A stretch of 64,000 nucleotides of DNA. Source: Candidatus Latescibacterota bacterium (GTDB lineage Bacteria; Latescibacterota; UBA2968; GCA-2709665). Made by a program: the position numbers and the translations under genes. Below are positions 31,266 through 41,619 of the stretch, piece by piece. The notes beneath the pieces were generated by a model that was not told where the DNA came from, did no database searches, and was given only the letters and a program-made list of their open reading frames with translations. Where the stretch lies: NCBI GenBank assembly GCA_965226795.1, contig CBDDDZ010000005.1:1568001-1632000 (forward strand), written 5' to 3'. Within the stretch, counting starts at the first letter, position 1. Each line of letters begins with the position of its first letter.

Positions 31266-32390
31266 TCAGCCTGTTCCGGATCCCCGAACTGGCCCGGCAA
31301 ACAGCGTCTCCGGCAGCAAGCTCGTCGTCGCGCTTGAATGGGGATGGTCGAAGCCGTCCGTGGTGACCTGAGCCATCGCCGTATAATACGCGCCCTCTCC
31401 ACTCACTCCGCTGCGGTTTCCTCCACTGTGTCCCCGAAGCCACTTCGGATCGACCAATTGCTCACCCTTCCACTGCCCCTGTGTCGCCAGCAAATGCCCG
31501 AAACGGGCGATATCCGACGGACTCATCACCACCCAGCCCGGACCGCTTCGCACCGGGTGTCCGTTGATTTCATAGGGCGGATCGAGATACGTATACGAAT
31601 CCGGAATATCCGGATAAAAGTACTTGCTTTCACTCATTGTCCTCCCGGTGTACCAGTCCCACCGCTTTGCCGGAATCCCGATCTTTCCGAACAGCCGCTC
31701 ATCCAGCACCTCTTTGAGGTCCCGGCCCCAAACAAAGGTCAGGGCCTGGCCCAGCCGCCAGAACCCCGCACTGCTGTATTGTTCAACAGTACCGGGTTTT
31801 ACGTGGGAATGGAGGTCGTAGAACGGGTCCCCGGTCCAGGTCGCCCACTCAGGCCACCATTTGTCCGACTCCTCTCCGGGGCGACCCTCACGTCCCTTGG
31901 CCCATTCGTTTCCCAGTTCCATGGGAAATCCGCCCTGATGCGTGCCCCCTGCCTTCGGGCCGATGAGATGGCGCCATGTGAGCGTTTGGTGGTGTCCCTG
32001 GTTTAAAAACTTGTGCGGATGTGAAAGCTCAGCTTCACCGGTCCAGGTCCTGTGAATCGGCTCATCAGGGTGCAGCATCCCCTCTTCCACCGAAAACCCG
32101 ATCAGCACCCACATAAACGCCTTGCCCATCGAAGCCGTCTGGAACCGGTAATGCCGGTCTCCCCATGCGTGCACCAGGTACCCTCCGCGCGTGAGCACCG
32201 TCCCCCATTTGGTCCCGTTATGGTCCTCGCCGCCAAAAGACGCGCCCTTTATGTCCAATCCGGACAGGAAGCGTTCGAACTTCTCCACATCCAACCCGGC
32301 TTCAGCGGTTGTAATCGCGATCCAGTCGTCCTCCGGATAAGTCACCCATTCCGGGATCTTACGTCCCACTTTATTGTCCCCTCCCGTCAA
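31266..32390 (-). CDS. Serine hydrolase (beta-lactamase-like fold)
   Basis: ASMGK (SxxK), LTWRHL, PGTVEQYSSAG, MSPSDIARFGHL; start may be GTG near 32369. Confidence 0.8.
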   Translation of the reverse strand: MTGGDNKVGRKIPEWVTYPEDDWIAITTAEAGLDVEKFERFLSGLDIKGASFGGEDHNGTKWGTVLTRGGYLVHAWGDRHYRFQTASMGKAFMWVLIGFSVEEGMLHPDEPIHRTWTGEAELSHPHKFLNQGHHQTLTWRHLIGPKAGGTHQGGFPMELGNEWAKGREGRPGEESDKWWPEWATWTGDPFYDLHSHVKPGTVEQYSSAGFWRLGQALTFVWGRDLKEVLDERLFGKIGIPAKRWDWYTGRTMSESKYFYPDIPDSYTYLDPPYEINGHPVRSGPGWVVMSPSDIARFGHLLATQGQWKGEQLVDPKWLRGHSGGNRSGVSGEGAYYTAMAQVTTDGFDHPHSSATTSLLPETLFAGPVRGSGTG

Positions 32391-32492
32391 ACTTCACAAG
32401 AGTCGGTTTACCACTGATGTCGATTCCTCCATCGGGCAAACTATGTGCCCTCGCCAGGAATCCAATTCACGCGGTCCATAGATTCTATCCGT

Positions 32493-32816
32493 TTAATCCA
32501 TGCCCGGCATCTGCGCCAGTTCCGATACCTCGAGAGCCCCGCCGATCTCCAGGAACGGACAGGCTTTCGCAATCTCCAGCGCCGACTCCATGGATTCTGC
32601 TTCGATGATCGTATAGCCCGACATCGACGTCGTGCCCCCGGCGGTGACGGAACCGTCGGAGTTGACCGTACTCGTGTTTTTGAGCGGATTCGCGGGGCTG
32701 ACGGCGGAATCGCCCAGTGAAGACAGCCATTCCATATATTTCGAAAAATGCCGCTGGCCTTCCTCGGGGGTGGACGGCTCGTTGCCCCCCAGATAGACGA
32801 GAACGAATTGAGGCAT
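32493..32816 (-). CDS. YciI/DGPF-like dimeric alpha-beta barrel protein
   Basis: SGYTIIEAESMESALEIAKACP..GGALEV. Confidence 0.8.
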   Translation of the reverse strand: MPQFVLVYLGGNEPSTPEEGQRHFSKYMEWLSSLGDSAVSPANPLKNTSTVNSDGSVTAGGTTSMSGYTIIEAESMESALEIAKACPFLEIGGALEVSELAQMPGMD

Positions 32817-33020
32817 CCGCATTACTCCTTTCTTGACAACCGTATTTCACTCTTGCATTAATTTGACTCAATCACAATGGATGGACAGGGCGCGCAGGAT
32901 CATATGGTCTCGTGTTTTCATCCTGTCTATCCTGTGTATCCATGTTGGCTGCCTTATGCACCCAACGATCCCTATGCTCGGGACATTGGTGGTCCGGGTT
33001 CATATCCCCGCTATCAATAG

Positions 33021-33057
33021 AAACGGCCATTCTAACAGGAACGTTAAATGGCCACTG
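33021..33057 (-). terminator. Probable terminator downstream of tRNA-Gly
   Basis: ggccatt...aatggcc hairpin about 27 nt after the tRNA CCA end. Confidence 0.6.
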
Positions 33058-33083
33058 GTTGCGCGGTTTGGGCGGATTTTAAG

Positions 33084-33159
33084 TGGAGCGGGAAACGGGA
33101 CTCGAACCCGCGACATCAAGCTTGGGAAGCTTGTGCTCTACCAGCTGAGCTATTCCCGC
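33084..33159 (-). tRNA. tRNA-Gly (CCC)
   Basis: Reverse complement GCGGGAATAGCTCAGCTGGTAGAGCACAAGCTTCCCAAGCTTGATGTCGCGGGTTCGAGTCCCGTTTCCCGCTCCA: 76-nt cloverleaf, anticodon CCC, encoded CCA. Confidence 0.97.
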
Positions 33160-33174
33160 CCCCGTAGGTTTCGA

Positions 33175-33203
33175 AATCTACCATCTCCCTCAGAACGTGT
33201 CAA
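33175..33203 (-). promoter_or_regulatory. Putative sigma70 promoter of tRNA-Gly, -35 box inside the miaA 3' end
   Basis: TTGACA-17nt-TAGATT on the minus strand. Confidence 0.65.
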
Positions 33204-34131
33204 GGATTTTAAGAATGGCATTCGACGTATTGTTCGGGCCCGCATCGACCCACCTCACGCGCCGCTCCTTTCGAAACCACGTGAGTTGGCGTTTGGCATA
33301 ACGTCTTGTACCCATCTTGATCTGCGCAGCGGTTTCAGCCAGATCCGATTTGCCATCCAGATGATCGAAAACCTCGCGATATCCGAACGTATTCAGCGAA
33401 TTGAGTTCACGGCCATAACCGAGACGATTCAACTCCCGGACTTCATCGACCAGCCCCGAAGCAAACATCCGGTCCACTCGTTCTCCAATCCTCCGGTACA
33501 GTAGCGCCCTGTCCATCCCCAGCCCGAACCACTCCGCGCACCAGTTTTTCGCCTTTTGCGGGGGCTCTTCGTGAAGCACCGAGAGCGGCGTCCCGGTGAG
33601 TTCGAATACCTCCAGTGCACGCACGACACGTTGGGTATCGTTGGCGTGCAACCGTTCGGCCGTCACTGGATCAACGTCCCGCAGCCTGGCGTAGATCCCG
33701 CCGGGGTCTTTCGCCGCTTCCGCCAGCAGACGTCCACGGACGGCCCTGGGTGTGCGTGGAAGCGGCGAAAAGCCGTCGAGAACCGCCCTGAGATAGAGAC
33801 CCGATCCCCCCACCAGGATAGGTACACGATTCCGTTCCAGAATCGACTCGATTTCCCTTGACGCGTCATTGGCGTAGTGCCCGGCGCTATAGTAAACATC
33901 GGGGCTCACAACGTCGATCATGTGGTGTTTCGCCAGGGCACGCTCATCCTTCGTGGGTTTGGCCGTGCCAATGTCCATATACCGATAGACCTGCCGCGCG
34001 TCGGCGGAGACTACTTCACCGCCAAGCGCCCTCGCCAGGTCGATGCCGACCCGAGTCTTGCCCGATGCGGTCGGGCCCACGAGTGCCAATACCCGGTGCG
34101 GCCTATCTGCTGAATTGCCGGTCGATTTCAT
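33190..34131 (-). CDS. miaA: tRNA dimethylallyltransferase
   Basis: GPTASGKT, SADARQVYRYMDIGTAKP, VGGSGLY, TRRYAKRQLTWF. Confidence 0.97.
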   Translation of the reverse strand: MKSTGNSADRPHRVLALVGPTASGKTRVGIDLARALGGEVVSADARQVYRYMDIGTAKPTKDERALAKHHMIDVVSPDVYYSAGHYANDASREIESILERNRVPILVGGSGLYLRAVLDGFSPLPRTPRAVRGRLLAEAAKDPGGIYARLRDVDPVTAERLHANDTQRVVRALEVFELTGTPLSVLHEEPPQKAKNWCAEWFGLGMDRALLYRRIGERVDRMFASGLVDEVRELNRLGYGRELNSLNTFGYREVFDHLDGKSDLAETAAQIKMGTRRYAKRQLTWFRKERRVRWVDAGPNNTSNAILKILDTF

Positions 34132-35935
34132 CCAGGGGCATCTTTACCACGGTTGGCCTGCCCTGCGGGCAGACGAACGGTTCCCGGGTGGCAAACAGGC
34201 GATCGATCAGCGCCCGCATCTCCCTTGGCGAGAGCTTCTCTCCCGTTGGGATGGCCGTGTGCCGGGCATAGGCGGCCGCCAATCGATGCTCCAGCGGAGA
34301 AACGACGTTCTGGCGGCTGACCGGGACCGAAGAACGGCGCTCTTTGTCGGTCAAATCACCTACGATCTCTCGAAGAAGCCGCCCGTCTTCCCATACTTTA
34401 AGTTCCACGGGAATGGCATCCACGACCACGGTATTACCGCCAAAATCCCGTACTCCGAAGCCCATCGCTTCCAACAGCGGCATTGCCTCCCGCACCGTCT
34501 GGATCTGCCGCAAGCCAAAGTCAAGCGTGACCGGAAACAGAAGTCGCTGGCCCAAGCCGGCGTTAGCTTTAAAGCAATCCAGTGTCTGTTCGTAGATCAT
34601 CCGCTGGTGGGCCAGGTGCTGATCGACGAAAATCAGGCCGTTCTTGATATGCGCAAGGACATATCTGTCGTGCACCTGCCAGACAGAAACCTGATCGACC
34701 GTTTCCTCGTCATTCAGTTCCGCATCGTCCTCCGCGCCCGCGTGCTTTTCGCGGCTCTCGGCCTTTCTGTTGACGGTCAGGGCAAGCGCCATTTGCACGT
34801 CTTCCAGGCCCAGGGGATCTGAAAGATAGGCCTCGCGTTCCACGGGCGCGTCCGCAACGCCACCGGCGGGATCCGGCTTAGCGGAAGTGGCCCCGTTTGT
34901 AAGGATCGCTGGTGCGGCAAAGCCACTGCCCACTTCCGGCACCAGATCCTCCTCCCTCAACCCCGCGCGAACGACTTCGGCAACCGCATCGTAAACCGAG
35001 GCCTCGTCCGAAAAACGCACTTCACGTTTGGTGGGGTGCACATTGACGTCCAGACGGGAGGGATCCAGCTCCAGTAGAAGCGCAAAGGTGGGATGGAAGC
35101 CCTTCACGAGCAGTCCGCCAAATCCATCATGCACAGCGTGCGTCACCGCCCGGTCGCGTACCCAGCGCCCATTGACGACCATCGCCTGTTGTGCGCCCGA
35201 TTTACGAGCCAGTTCCGGCCGTCCTGCAAACCCCCAAACCCGGATACCGTGCCGTTCACCGTCCAGGAAAACGGCGTCCCGGCCCAGTTGAACGCCAAAT
35301 ATCGCCTCCAGGCGATGTTGGCGTTCGGACCTTCCCAGGTTCAGGATTTCGCGCCCGTTGTGAGAAAGCAAAAAGGCAATGGTGGGATAGCCCAACGCCA
35401 GGCCGGTCAGAGCGTCCGCCACGTGTCTGAATTCGGTCTCGACACCCTTCAGGAATTTCCGCCTTGCGGGTACATTGAAAAACAGGCCGTGAACGGCAAT
35501 GGTTGTTCCCCGGTCCCGGCCTGTGGACGTGACATCGCGCACCCGACCGCTTTCGACGCGCACGCGAGTGCCCTGGATTTCTTCGACGTGGCGGGTCTCG
35601 ATAGCCATTCTGGACACCGCCGCGATACTCGGTAGCGCCTCCCCGCGAAACCCCAGCGTACGCAGCGTGCGCAGATCGGAGAGATTGGAAATCTTGCTCG
35701 TCGCATGCCGTTCCAGGGCCAGCAAAGCGTCGTCGCGAGACATCCCGCAGCCGTTGTCGCTGACCCGTATGGTATCTTTGCCGCCGCCGGCCACTTCAGC
35801 CACAATCCGGTCCGCACCTGCGTCGATGGCGTTTTCCACCAGTTCCTTCACCACGGAGCCCGGCCGCTCCACGGCTTCACCTGCGGCGATGCGATTGGCG
35901 ATTTCGTCGGGTAGAATGCGGATCCGATTGGGCAT
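34103..35935 (-). CDS. mutL: DNA mismatch repair endonuclease MutL
   Basis: IAAGEAVERP, HATSKI, GFRGEAL, DVNVHPTK, DQHLAHQR, CPQGRP. Confidence 0.97.
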   Translation of the reverse strand: MPNRIRILPDEIANRIAAGEAVERPGSVVKELVENAIDAGADRIVAEVAGGGKDTIRVSDNGCGMSRDDALLALERHATSKISNLSDLRTLRTLGFRGEALPSIAAVSRMAIETRHVEEIQGTRVRVESGRVRDVTSTGRDRGTTIAVHGLFFNVPARRKFLKGVETEFRHVADALTGLALGYPTIAFLLSHNGREILNLGRSERQHRLEAIFGVQLGRDAVFLDGERHGIRVWGFAGRPELARKSGAQQAMVVNGRWVRDRAVTHAVHDGFGGLLVKGFHPTFALLLELDPSRLDVNVHPTKREVRFSDEASVYDAVAEVVRAGLREEDLVPEVGSGFAAPAILTNGATSAKPDPAGGVADAPVEREAYLSDPLGLEDVQMALALTVNRKAESREKHAGAEDDAELNDEETVDQVSVWQVHDRYVLAHIKNGLIFVDQHLAHQRMIYEQTLDCFKANAGLGQRLLFPVTLDFGLRQIQTVREAMPLLEAMGFGVRDFGGNTVVVDAIPVELKVWEDGRLLREIVGDLTDKERRSSVPVSRQNVVSPLEHRLAAAYARHTAIPTGEKLSPREMRALIDRLFATREPFVCPQGRPTVVKMPLDEIDRQFSR

Positions 35936-36081
35936 GCCGAAATGTCTGCCTTTGCTGCGGTACCAGTAAACAAGCGGATTAGCGGGATTCAGATTTGCCT
36001 TCGCAGCATCCCTCAGAATCCTTAAAGACAGGAACCCGAAAGCCCCGATCCGTCTTACGAATGCGCATTCGAGCCCATGCC

Positions 36082-37455
36082 CTAACCCCCAATCAGGCCC
36101 TGGCGCTTCAATCGGTCCAGGGTGCGATCGAATGCGTCGACAACGTGATCCAGATCTTCTTCGGTATGCACGGATGCCGTTAACCCGGTCAATCCGTTCA
36201 GATCGACGCCTTCCAGTTGCATCGTGGCACGGAACGCATCCCTCAACGTCGGATCGGGCGCCTTCAGCCTGCGGTAGTCATAGGTTCCCACGGCTATGGC
36301 TTCCAGGCTCTGTTCCATGGGTCCGCTTTCGGGCAGGAACTTGACGCCAGAGAAATCTCCATATACAACCCAGTCAACGGCGTGGTTCGAAATCACGCCG
36401 TTGAGACGGTTGCGCAGGATTTCGCCGTTCCGGTTTGCGCGTGCGATGTGTATGCCGTCTTCGATAGCCTTCAGCGTGGCAATCCCGGCGGCCGCGGAAA
36501 CCGGATTGGCGTTAAAGGTGCCCTGGTGGGGCATTTTCCGGCAGGTATCCCATTCGCGGTCTCCCCGAAACGCCAGCAGGTCCATAATATCCTGCCGACC
36601 GGTCAGACAGCCTCCGGGGAGTCCACCCGCCAAAATCTTCGCCAGCGAGGTGAGATCGGGCTTGACGTTGTAGTGGGCCTGGGCGCCTCCTGTCGAGCAT
36701 CGAAAGCCGGTGACCACTTCGTCAAAAATCAAAAGCACGTCGTGCTGAATCGTTATGCGTCGCAATTCTTCCAGGAAACCCGGACGGAGGGGTGCCACGC
36801 CGAAAGTGGCTCCGGTAGGCTCCAGAATGACACAGGCAATATCGTCGTCCCGGTCAAGAATAACCTCAACCTGATCGATTTGGTTCGGCGGGCACAGGCA
36901 AACGGTATCCGCAACTTCACGAAGGACGCCGGCGGGCACGGGTTCGTCGAAAGGTGGCATCACGCCTACAATGAGGTTGTCGTGCCAACCGTGGAAGTGG
37001 CCGAAAAACTTGAGCACCTTTCGCTTTCCGGTAAACGTCCGCGCCAGTCGGAGCGCCATCATCGTCGCCTCGGTGCCCGAGCTGGTAAATCGAACCCGTT
37101 CGGCAGTGGGGATCAACTTCATGACCCACTCCCCCCATTCCACTTCCAGCTCGTGACACGCACCATAGTGGGTGCCACGCGCCACCTGTTCCGTAACGGC
37201 CGCCACCATATCCGGATAACAATGTCCCAGCATCAGTGCCCCGTGCCCCATCCAGAGGTCCACATATTCGCGGCCATCCACGTCCCATTTACGCCCTGCC
37301 TCGGCGCGGCTCGCGTAAATTGGAAATGGCGTACAGTAGCGCGAGTCGTGGGTGACGCCGCCCGGAAAGATACGCGACGCTTTTTCGTACAGCGTCCGAG
37401 ACCGTTTCAGCGCATCCCGGAATTCTCCATTAATTCCTTTAACTAATTCTTCCAC
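36082..37455 (-). CDS. Class III PLP aminotransferase (GSA aminomutase-like)
   Basis: SGTEATM, LIFDEVVTGFR, AKILAGGLP, GTFNANP. Confidence 0.88.
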   Translation of the reverse strand: MEELVKGINGEFRDALKRSRTLYEKASRIFPGGVTHDSRYCTPFPIYASRAEAGRKWDVDGREYVDLWMGHGALMLGHCYPDMVAAVTEQVARGTHYGACHELEVEWGEWVMKLIPTAERVRFTSSGTEATMMALRLARTFTGKRKVLKFFGHFHGWHDNLIVGVMPPFDEPVPAGVLREVADTVCLCPPNQIDQVEVILDRDDDIACVILEPTGATFGVAPLRPGFLEELRRITIQHDVLLIFDEVVTGFRCSTGGAQAHYNVKPDLTSLAKILAGGLPGGCLTGRQDIMDLLAFRGDREWDTCRKMPHQGTFNANPVSAAAGIATLKAIEDGIHIARANRNGEILRNRLNGVISNHAVDWVVYGDFSGVKFLPESGPMEQSLEAIAVGTYDYRRLKAPDPTLRDAFRATMQLEGVDLNGLTGLTASVHTEEDLDHVVDAFDRTLDRLKRQGLIGG

Positions 37456-37579
37456 AGTCGATTATCTCTCTTCTTTAACGTGGTAACCCAAGACGCCCGG
37501 AAACGGTTCATGCCCGCCATGAGCCGGAAGTGGGAAAAATAACGAACAGGTAGAAAAAAGCAACCGGCAAAATGCGCTG

Positions 37580-39640
37580 TCATGCCTGTGTAGGCATGGG
37601 GTAAGAAAACGTGCGATCAGCCTCGACGTCCGAGAGATCCGAAGCATCTTCCGACATGACCCAGAGATGTTGTTCGGTCCCCGCCTGCACCCTGAATCCA
37701 CCGGCCCCGCCGGGGCCGCCCGAACCGACCGCGTCCACGCGGCTGACCTCGGGGTCCGTGCCCCAGTGATGCACAAGCGCGACAAAAGTTGTCTTACGGG
37801 CAATCCTGCGGCGGATGAGCACATCGCCGGTTTCCGTCGCGGGCTGAAGCGGCGCTTCCCCCACGATTATTTGCGCCCCGGCGCCTTCCAGCAGGAATGC
37901 CCCCACCCCACCCATCGGCAAGCCCCATTGAAATGAAACCATTTCCCTGGGTACGAATTCGACCGGTTGCCGGATGTGGTTATATCCGTCGCCGGAAAGC
38001 GCAATCACCCCGCGATCCGACAGTCCGGCGTGCCTGCGCCGATCGCCTTGAAACCTGCAGACCCAATCCATCTGGCATTCCCGTGGCGCCTCAACGTGGA
38101 ACACATCCCAAAAGTACGAGTCCGTCCACAAAATCACCCGCCGCATTGCTACTTTCGAGTAGGGGGCTTTCTCCCATGAAACGCAGGCGTCGACCACTTC
38201 GAAGCCATCCGCGCGCCGTACATCGAAATTTACGAGCCGGCCTTCCGCCGGAGGCTGGGAGCTGCCGTCTATCATCACGGTGTTATGGCTGAGCGTCTGT
38301 CGATACCAGGTCTCGTTCAGGTCGACGCCATAACCCGGCGTGCCCAGGTCCGTAGCCACCGGAAACCCTCGCGCGTAGAACGAAATCGAGAGTTTGTCCG
38401 GATGTCCGTGGCCGCCGCCGTGCGGGCCGTACTTCAGCAGCACGCAGCTTTGCCGATCGAGCGCCTCCTTCGACCTCAGGATGGCAATTCCCGACGGTTT
38501 CAGAACGGCACTCTCAGCTACGAATCTGCCGCCCGAATCGGACAGATGTTCTCCGTACAGAAGCGCCTCCACGACCGTTCGGGGCCTGCAGGAATAGTTG
38601 CGTTCGAGTATCCGTGCAAAGACGGGCTCTTTATACCACCCGTACGCCACCTCGTAAAAGGACTCCGACGGCGGCACGCCGTGGCAGACATCGGACAACA
38701 GCGAAGAGAAATACCAGCAATCGTTGGTGGCGGGCAGCCTGAAATCGGGAAACGCCAGCGACACCGGCATCCGGAACATCGCCCTCAGCCGGTCGTCGTC
38801 ATGCAGACCCGCACCACTGTTCTCCGAAACCTGGACCTGAGCAATCAACGCGGCGAGGGTGTAAAAGTGGTAACTGGATGATCCCTCCCACCACAATCCA
38901 TCTTCAAGAACCCCCTCCCGCAGCTGGTGGTAAAACCCGAAGTTGTCCTCCAGGGCCACCTTCTGAAACTCACCTTCGTTCAGGCAGATTCCAACCGCCG
39001 CGATAGCAGCATTGTGCCAGCATTCGATGTTGTGAATGCGGTGGAACTTCTGGTCCCGAATGTGCTCCGCCGCCACAGCGAGCAGGTTCGTTTCTATCAA
39101 CGTCCGCTGGCCGGGGGTGAGGGCCTCCCGGACAAGATCGTACGCCCTTGCTATCGGGATCAACCACACCGACTCGTCGAGCGAATGGTTTGCCACCTTG
39201 CCCCAGCCATAGGGCAGTTCACGCTCGATCGGATACCCCGGATAACGTTCCGCGTAGGCCAGCAGAATCTCTCTGCATCTGGCCAGATATGCTCCGTTCG
39301 CATCCAGTTGCCACATGAGCGCCAGTCTATATGCCATAGTGGACAGCCGATTGTTGACGAACCAGCGCCATGCCGAATCGTATGGCTCGCCCGAAAAGAC
39401 CCGTCCGTCCCTGGGACATCGATGGGCGTGCGGCGATCCGGCGTCGAACACAAGCTCCACGGCGTGATCCGGGCAAAAGTAGTTGTGGTAGTACCCTGCC
39501 GGGCGGTCCTGAGGCTGCATTTCTTCGCCGAGGAAGGTCTTCGCCTCGGTCTCAAGTCGGCGGTAGGCATTGATGAATGCCGGATGGGTCCGCCGTTCCC
39601 TCGCTATCGACATACGACGGTCGGATATCAGTTTCAGCAC
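37580..39640 (-). CDS. Heparinase II/III-family (alginate-lyase-like) polysaccharide lyase
   Basis: HNIECW, EGSSSYHFY, GPHGGGHGHPDKLS, TLSHNTVMIDG. Confidence 0.85.
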   Translation of the reverse strand: MLKLISDRRMSIARERRTHPAFINAYRRLETEAKTFLGEEMQPQDRPAGYYHNYFCPDHAVELVFDAGSPHAHRCPRDGRVFSGEPYDSAWRWFVNNRLSTMAYRLALMWQLDANGAYLARCREILLAYAERYPGYPIERELPYGWGKVANHSLDESVWLIPIARAYDLVREALTPGQRTLIETNLLAVAAEHIRDQKFHRIHNIECWHNAAIAAVGICLNEGEFQKVALEDNFGFYHQLREGVLEDGLWWEGSSSYHFYTLAALIAQVQVSENSGAGLHDDDRLRAMFRMPVSLAFPDFRLPATNDCWYFSSLLSDVCHGVPPSESFYEVAYGWYKEPVFARILERNYSCRPRTVVEALLYGEHLSDSGGRFVAESAVLKPSGIAILRSKEALDRQSCVLLKYGPHGGGHGHPDKLSISFYARGFPVATDLGTPGYGVDLNETWYRQTLSHNTVMIDGSSQPPAEGRLVNFDVRRADGFEVVDACVSWEKAPYSKVAMRRVILWTDSYFWDVFHVEAPRECQMDWVCRFQGDRRRHAGLSDRGVIALSGDGYNHIRQPVEFVPREMVSFQWGLPMGGVGAFLLEGAGAQIIVGEAPLQPATETGDVLIRRRIARKTTFVALVHHWGTDPEVSRVDAVGSGGPGGAGGFRVQAGTEQHLWVMSEDASDLSDVEADRTFSYPMPTQA

Positions 39641-39711
39641 ACGTCCCCCACGTTAATAACGGCCGGTTGCCACATTGCCGGTCGGACCTTATCTTACGAG
39701 CTATCAGGCCG

Positions 39712-39770
39712 ATAGTGTTCTGTCCCGGAACCAGATTGCCGAATGGTGACATATTTCTGGGACAGGACTC
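39712..39770 (+). mobile_element. Internally deleted (~59 bp) copy of the MITE retaining both ends
   Basis: tagtgttctgtcccggaa...gaatggtgacatatttctgggacaggac matches both termini of 62669-62841. Confidence 0.7.
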
Positions 39771-39865
39771 GAAGTCACCGAGGCCTGAAACCGCGCAGGG
39801 GCCGGCCAGGCCCCACCGGATGCGAGCCGGCCACCATTAAAATCGCGCCTTCACCTGGTTTCCCT

Positions 39866-40579
39866 ATGCCCGACCCAATATCGGAGATTCTGATACCCGC
39901 CAATGAAATTCAGGATACGGTTCGTCAGCTCGGCGCCCGGATATCGTCGGACTTTCGCTCGGACCACGCTGCCTGTCCGGATAACCCGAAAGCACGGGAG
40001 GATCGACACGCGGACGGGACTCTGCGACCGCTCATCCTTACGGGCGTTCTCAAAGGCGCCCTCTTCTTCCTTGCCGATCTGTCCCGGGAGATTTCCGTTC
40101 CCGTCGAGATCGAATATATGTCGGTATCCAGCTATGGTAAATCGACGCGGAGTTCCGGCGTTGTCAGGATCCTGAAGGATATCGATCGGGATATCGCCGG
40201 CGCCGACGTGCTCCTTGTGGAGGATATCGTCGATACAGGCCTCACTCTGGACTATCTTCTACGCATCCTCGAGCCAAGGCGTCCTCGAAGCCTGAAAGTC
40301 TGCAGCCTGCTGGAAAAACCCGCCCGTCGAATGGTGGATGTGCCAATCGACTACGTCGGCTTCTCCATCCCGGACGAATTTGTCGTAGGATATGGCCTGG
40401 ACTACGACCATCAATACCGTAATCTTCCTTACATCGCGGCATTGAAGAATTCCGATGCGCCGCGCCAACGCTCCTGCCCGGTGGCCGGCAAGTGGGACCA
40501 GGGGTCTGCCCCGGTGATAGATTCCCCAAAGCCGACCGACGAGTCGCCCGGCTCACAAGGCGCCTGCGACCTGCGATAG
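39866..40579 (+). CDS. hpt: Hypoxanthine phosphoribosyltransferase
   Basis: GVLKGA, VLLVEDIVDTGLTL, FVVGYGLDY; C-terminus extends into a MITE. Confidence 0.93.
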   Translation: MPDPISEILIPANEIQDTVRQLGARISSDFRSDHAACPDNPKAREDRHADGTLRPLILTGVLKGALFFLADLSREISVPVEIEYMSVSSYGKSTRSSGVVRILKDIDRDIAGADVLLVEDIVDTGLTLDYLLRILEPRRPRSLKVCSLLEKPARRMVDVPIDYVGFSIPDEFVVGYGLDYDHQYRNLPYIAALKNSDAPRQRSCPVAGKWDQGSAPVIDSPKPTDESPGSQGACDLR

Positions 40580-40677
40580 GTCGAAAGGCTCGTTTCGACA
40601 AGCTCGGCGCAGGCAACGCATCCAGACGGGATGAAACGGCGGAAGAATGGTGACATATTTACGGAAGAGGGAACTAG
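40498..40677 (+). mobile_element. MITE copy between convergent hpt and UDG
   Basis: Aligns end to end with 62669-62841; ends in CTAG. Confidence 0.75.
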
Positions 40678-41417
40678 GATCCGAGGCTCCCACATGGTTC
40701 CGCCAGCACACGATTCACGGTCTTGAACAGACTCTCTACCATCTGCTCCGTGAGCGTTCCCGTATTTATATTGTAACGGCTGAAGTGATAACTGGCAACC
40801 AGAATCCGGGGATCGCGGTCGAAACGATAGGTCCTGCCGTGCACGAACCGGTAGCATCCCACCCTCTCGATGATACCCTCTGCCCTCAAGAGGCGCAGAT
40901 AAGCCTCAAACGCGTCTCTCCCCATCGACAGTACAACCCGAATCCGCCTTAACTGCTCCATTTCCATTCGCAGCCAGTCCAGGCAGGCGCGTTTCTCGTT
41001 ACCGTTCGGCCTATTTGCGGGTGAGACGCACTTTACGGCGTTTGTAATGTAGACGTTATCGAGCTTCAGGCCATCGTTCGGGTGAGTGGATTTCGGTTGA
41101 TTGCCGAACCCGTGACGGTATAGTGCCCCGTAGAGCACCCGTCCGGCATCGTCCCCGGTAAACGGCCTGCCGGTGCGGTTCGCCCCATGGGCGCCCGGTG
41201 CGAGACCGATGACGAGCAGTTCGCCGGACGCATCGCCGAAACCCGGCACCGGTTTTGCCCAGTAGCCATCGACATTCTCCCGTTGATTGTCGGCGGAATC
41301 GAACGTGGCGCGGTAGTCAACCAGCCGTGCGCAGCTGCCGCAGTGTACAATCTGCTCGAAGAGCAGCCGTTCCGCTCCCGCCTCTTTCCACGTGACGCGC
41401 TGCGATCTACCGCCCAT
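40674..41417 (-). CDS. Uracil-DNA glycosylase (family 5/UdgB-like, Fe-S)
   Basis: CGSCARL, GLAPGAHGANRTGRPFTGD, ITNAVKC, SYHFSRYN. Confidence 0.92.
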   Translation of the reverse strand: MGGRSQRVTWKEAGAERLLFEQIVHCGSCARLVDYRATFDSADNQRENVDGYWAKPVPGFGDASGELLVIGLAPGAHGANRTGRPFTGDDAGRVLYGALYRHGFGNQPKSTHPNDGLKLDNVYITNAVKCVSPANRPNGNEKRACLDWLRMEMEQLRRIRVVLSMGRDAFEAYLRLLRAEGIIERVGCYRFVHGRTYRFDRDPRILVASYHFSRYNINTGTLTEQMVESLFKTVNRVLAEPCGSLGS

Positions 41418-41619
41418 TGTGTCGCCTTCCGCTCGTTGCATTCAACGCCCCGACAGGACGATGCATCGCGAGTAACCATGCTGCCATTTGCGGTGGGAGT
41501 GCAACTCGATAAGGGGCATACCGGACAAACGTTAACGGCCGGCAGCTATCGTCGGCACCTCGTCCGGGACTCTATAGGGAATTCCACTCCGCGGGAAATC
41601 GTCCGTGCCGGCCATGCAA

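Noticed and set aside
8100..33083. Intact integrative element at tRNA-Gly
   Set aside because: No integrase and no duplicated tRNA 3' end found by eye
32833..33504. 223-aa plus-strand ORF
   Set aside because: Antisense to tRNA-Gly and miaA
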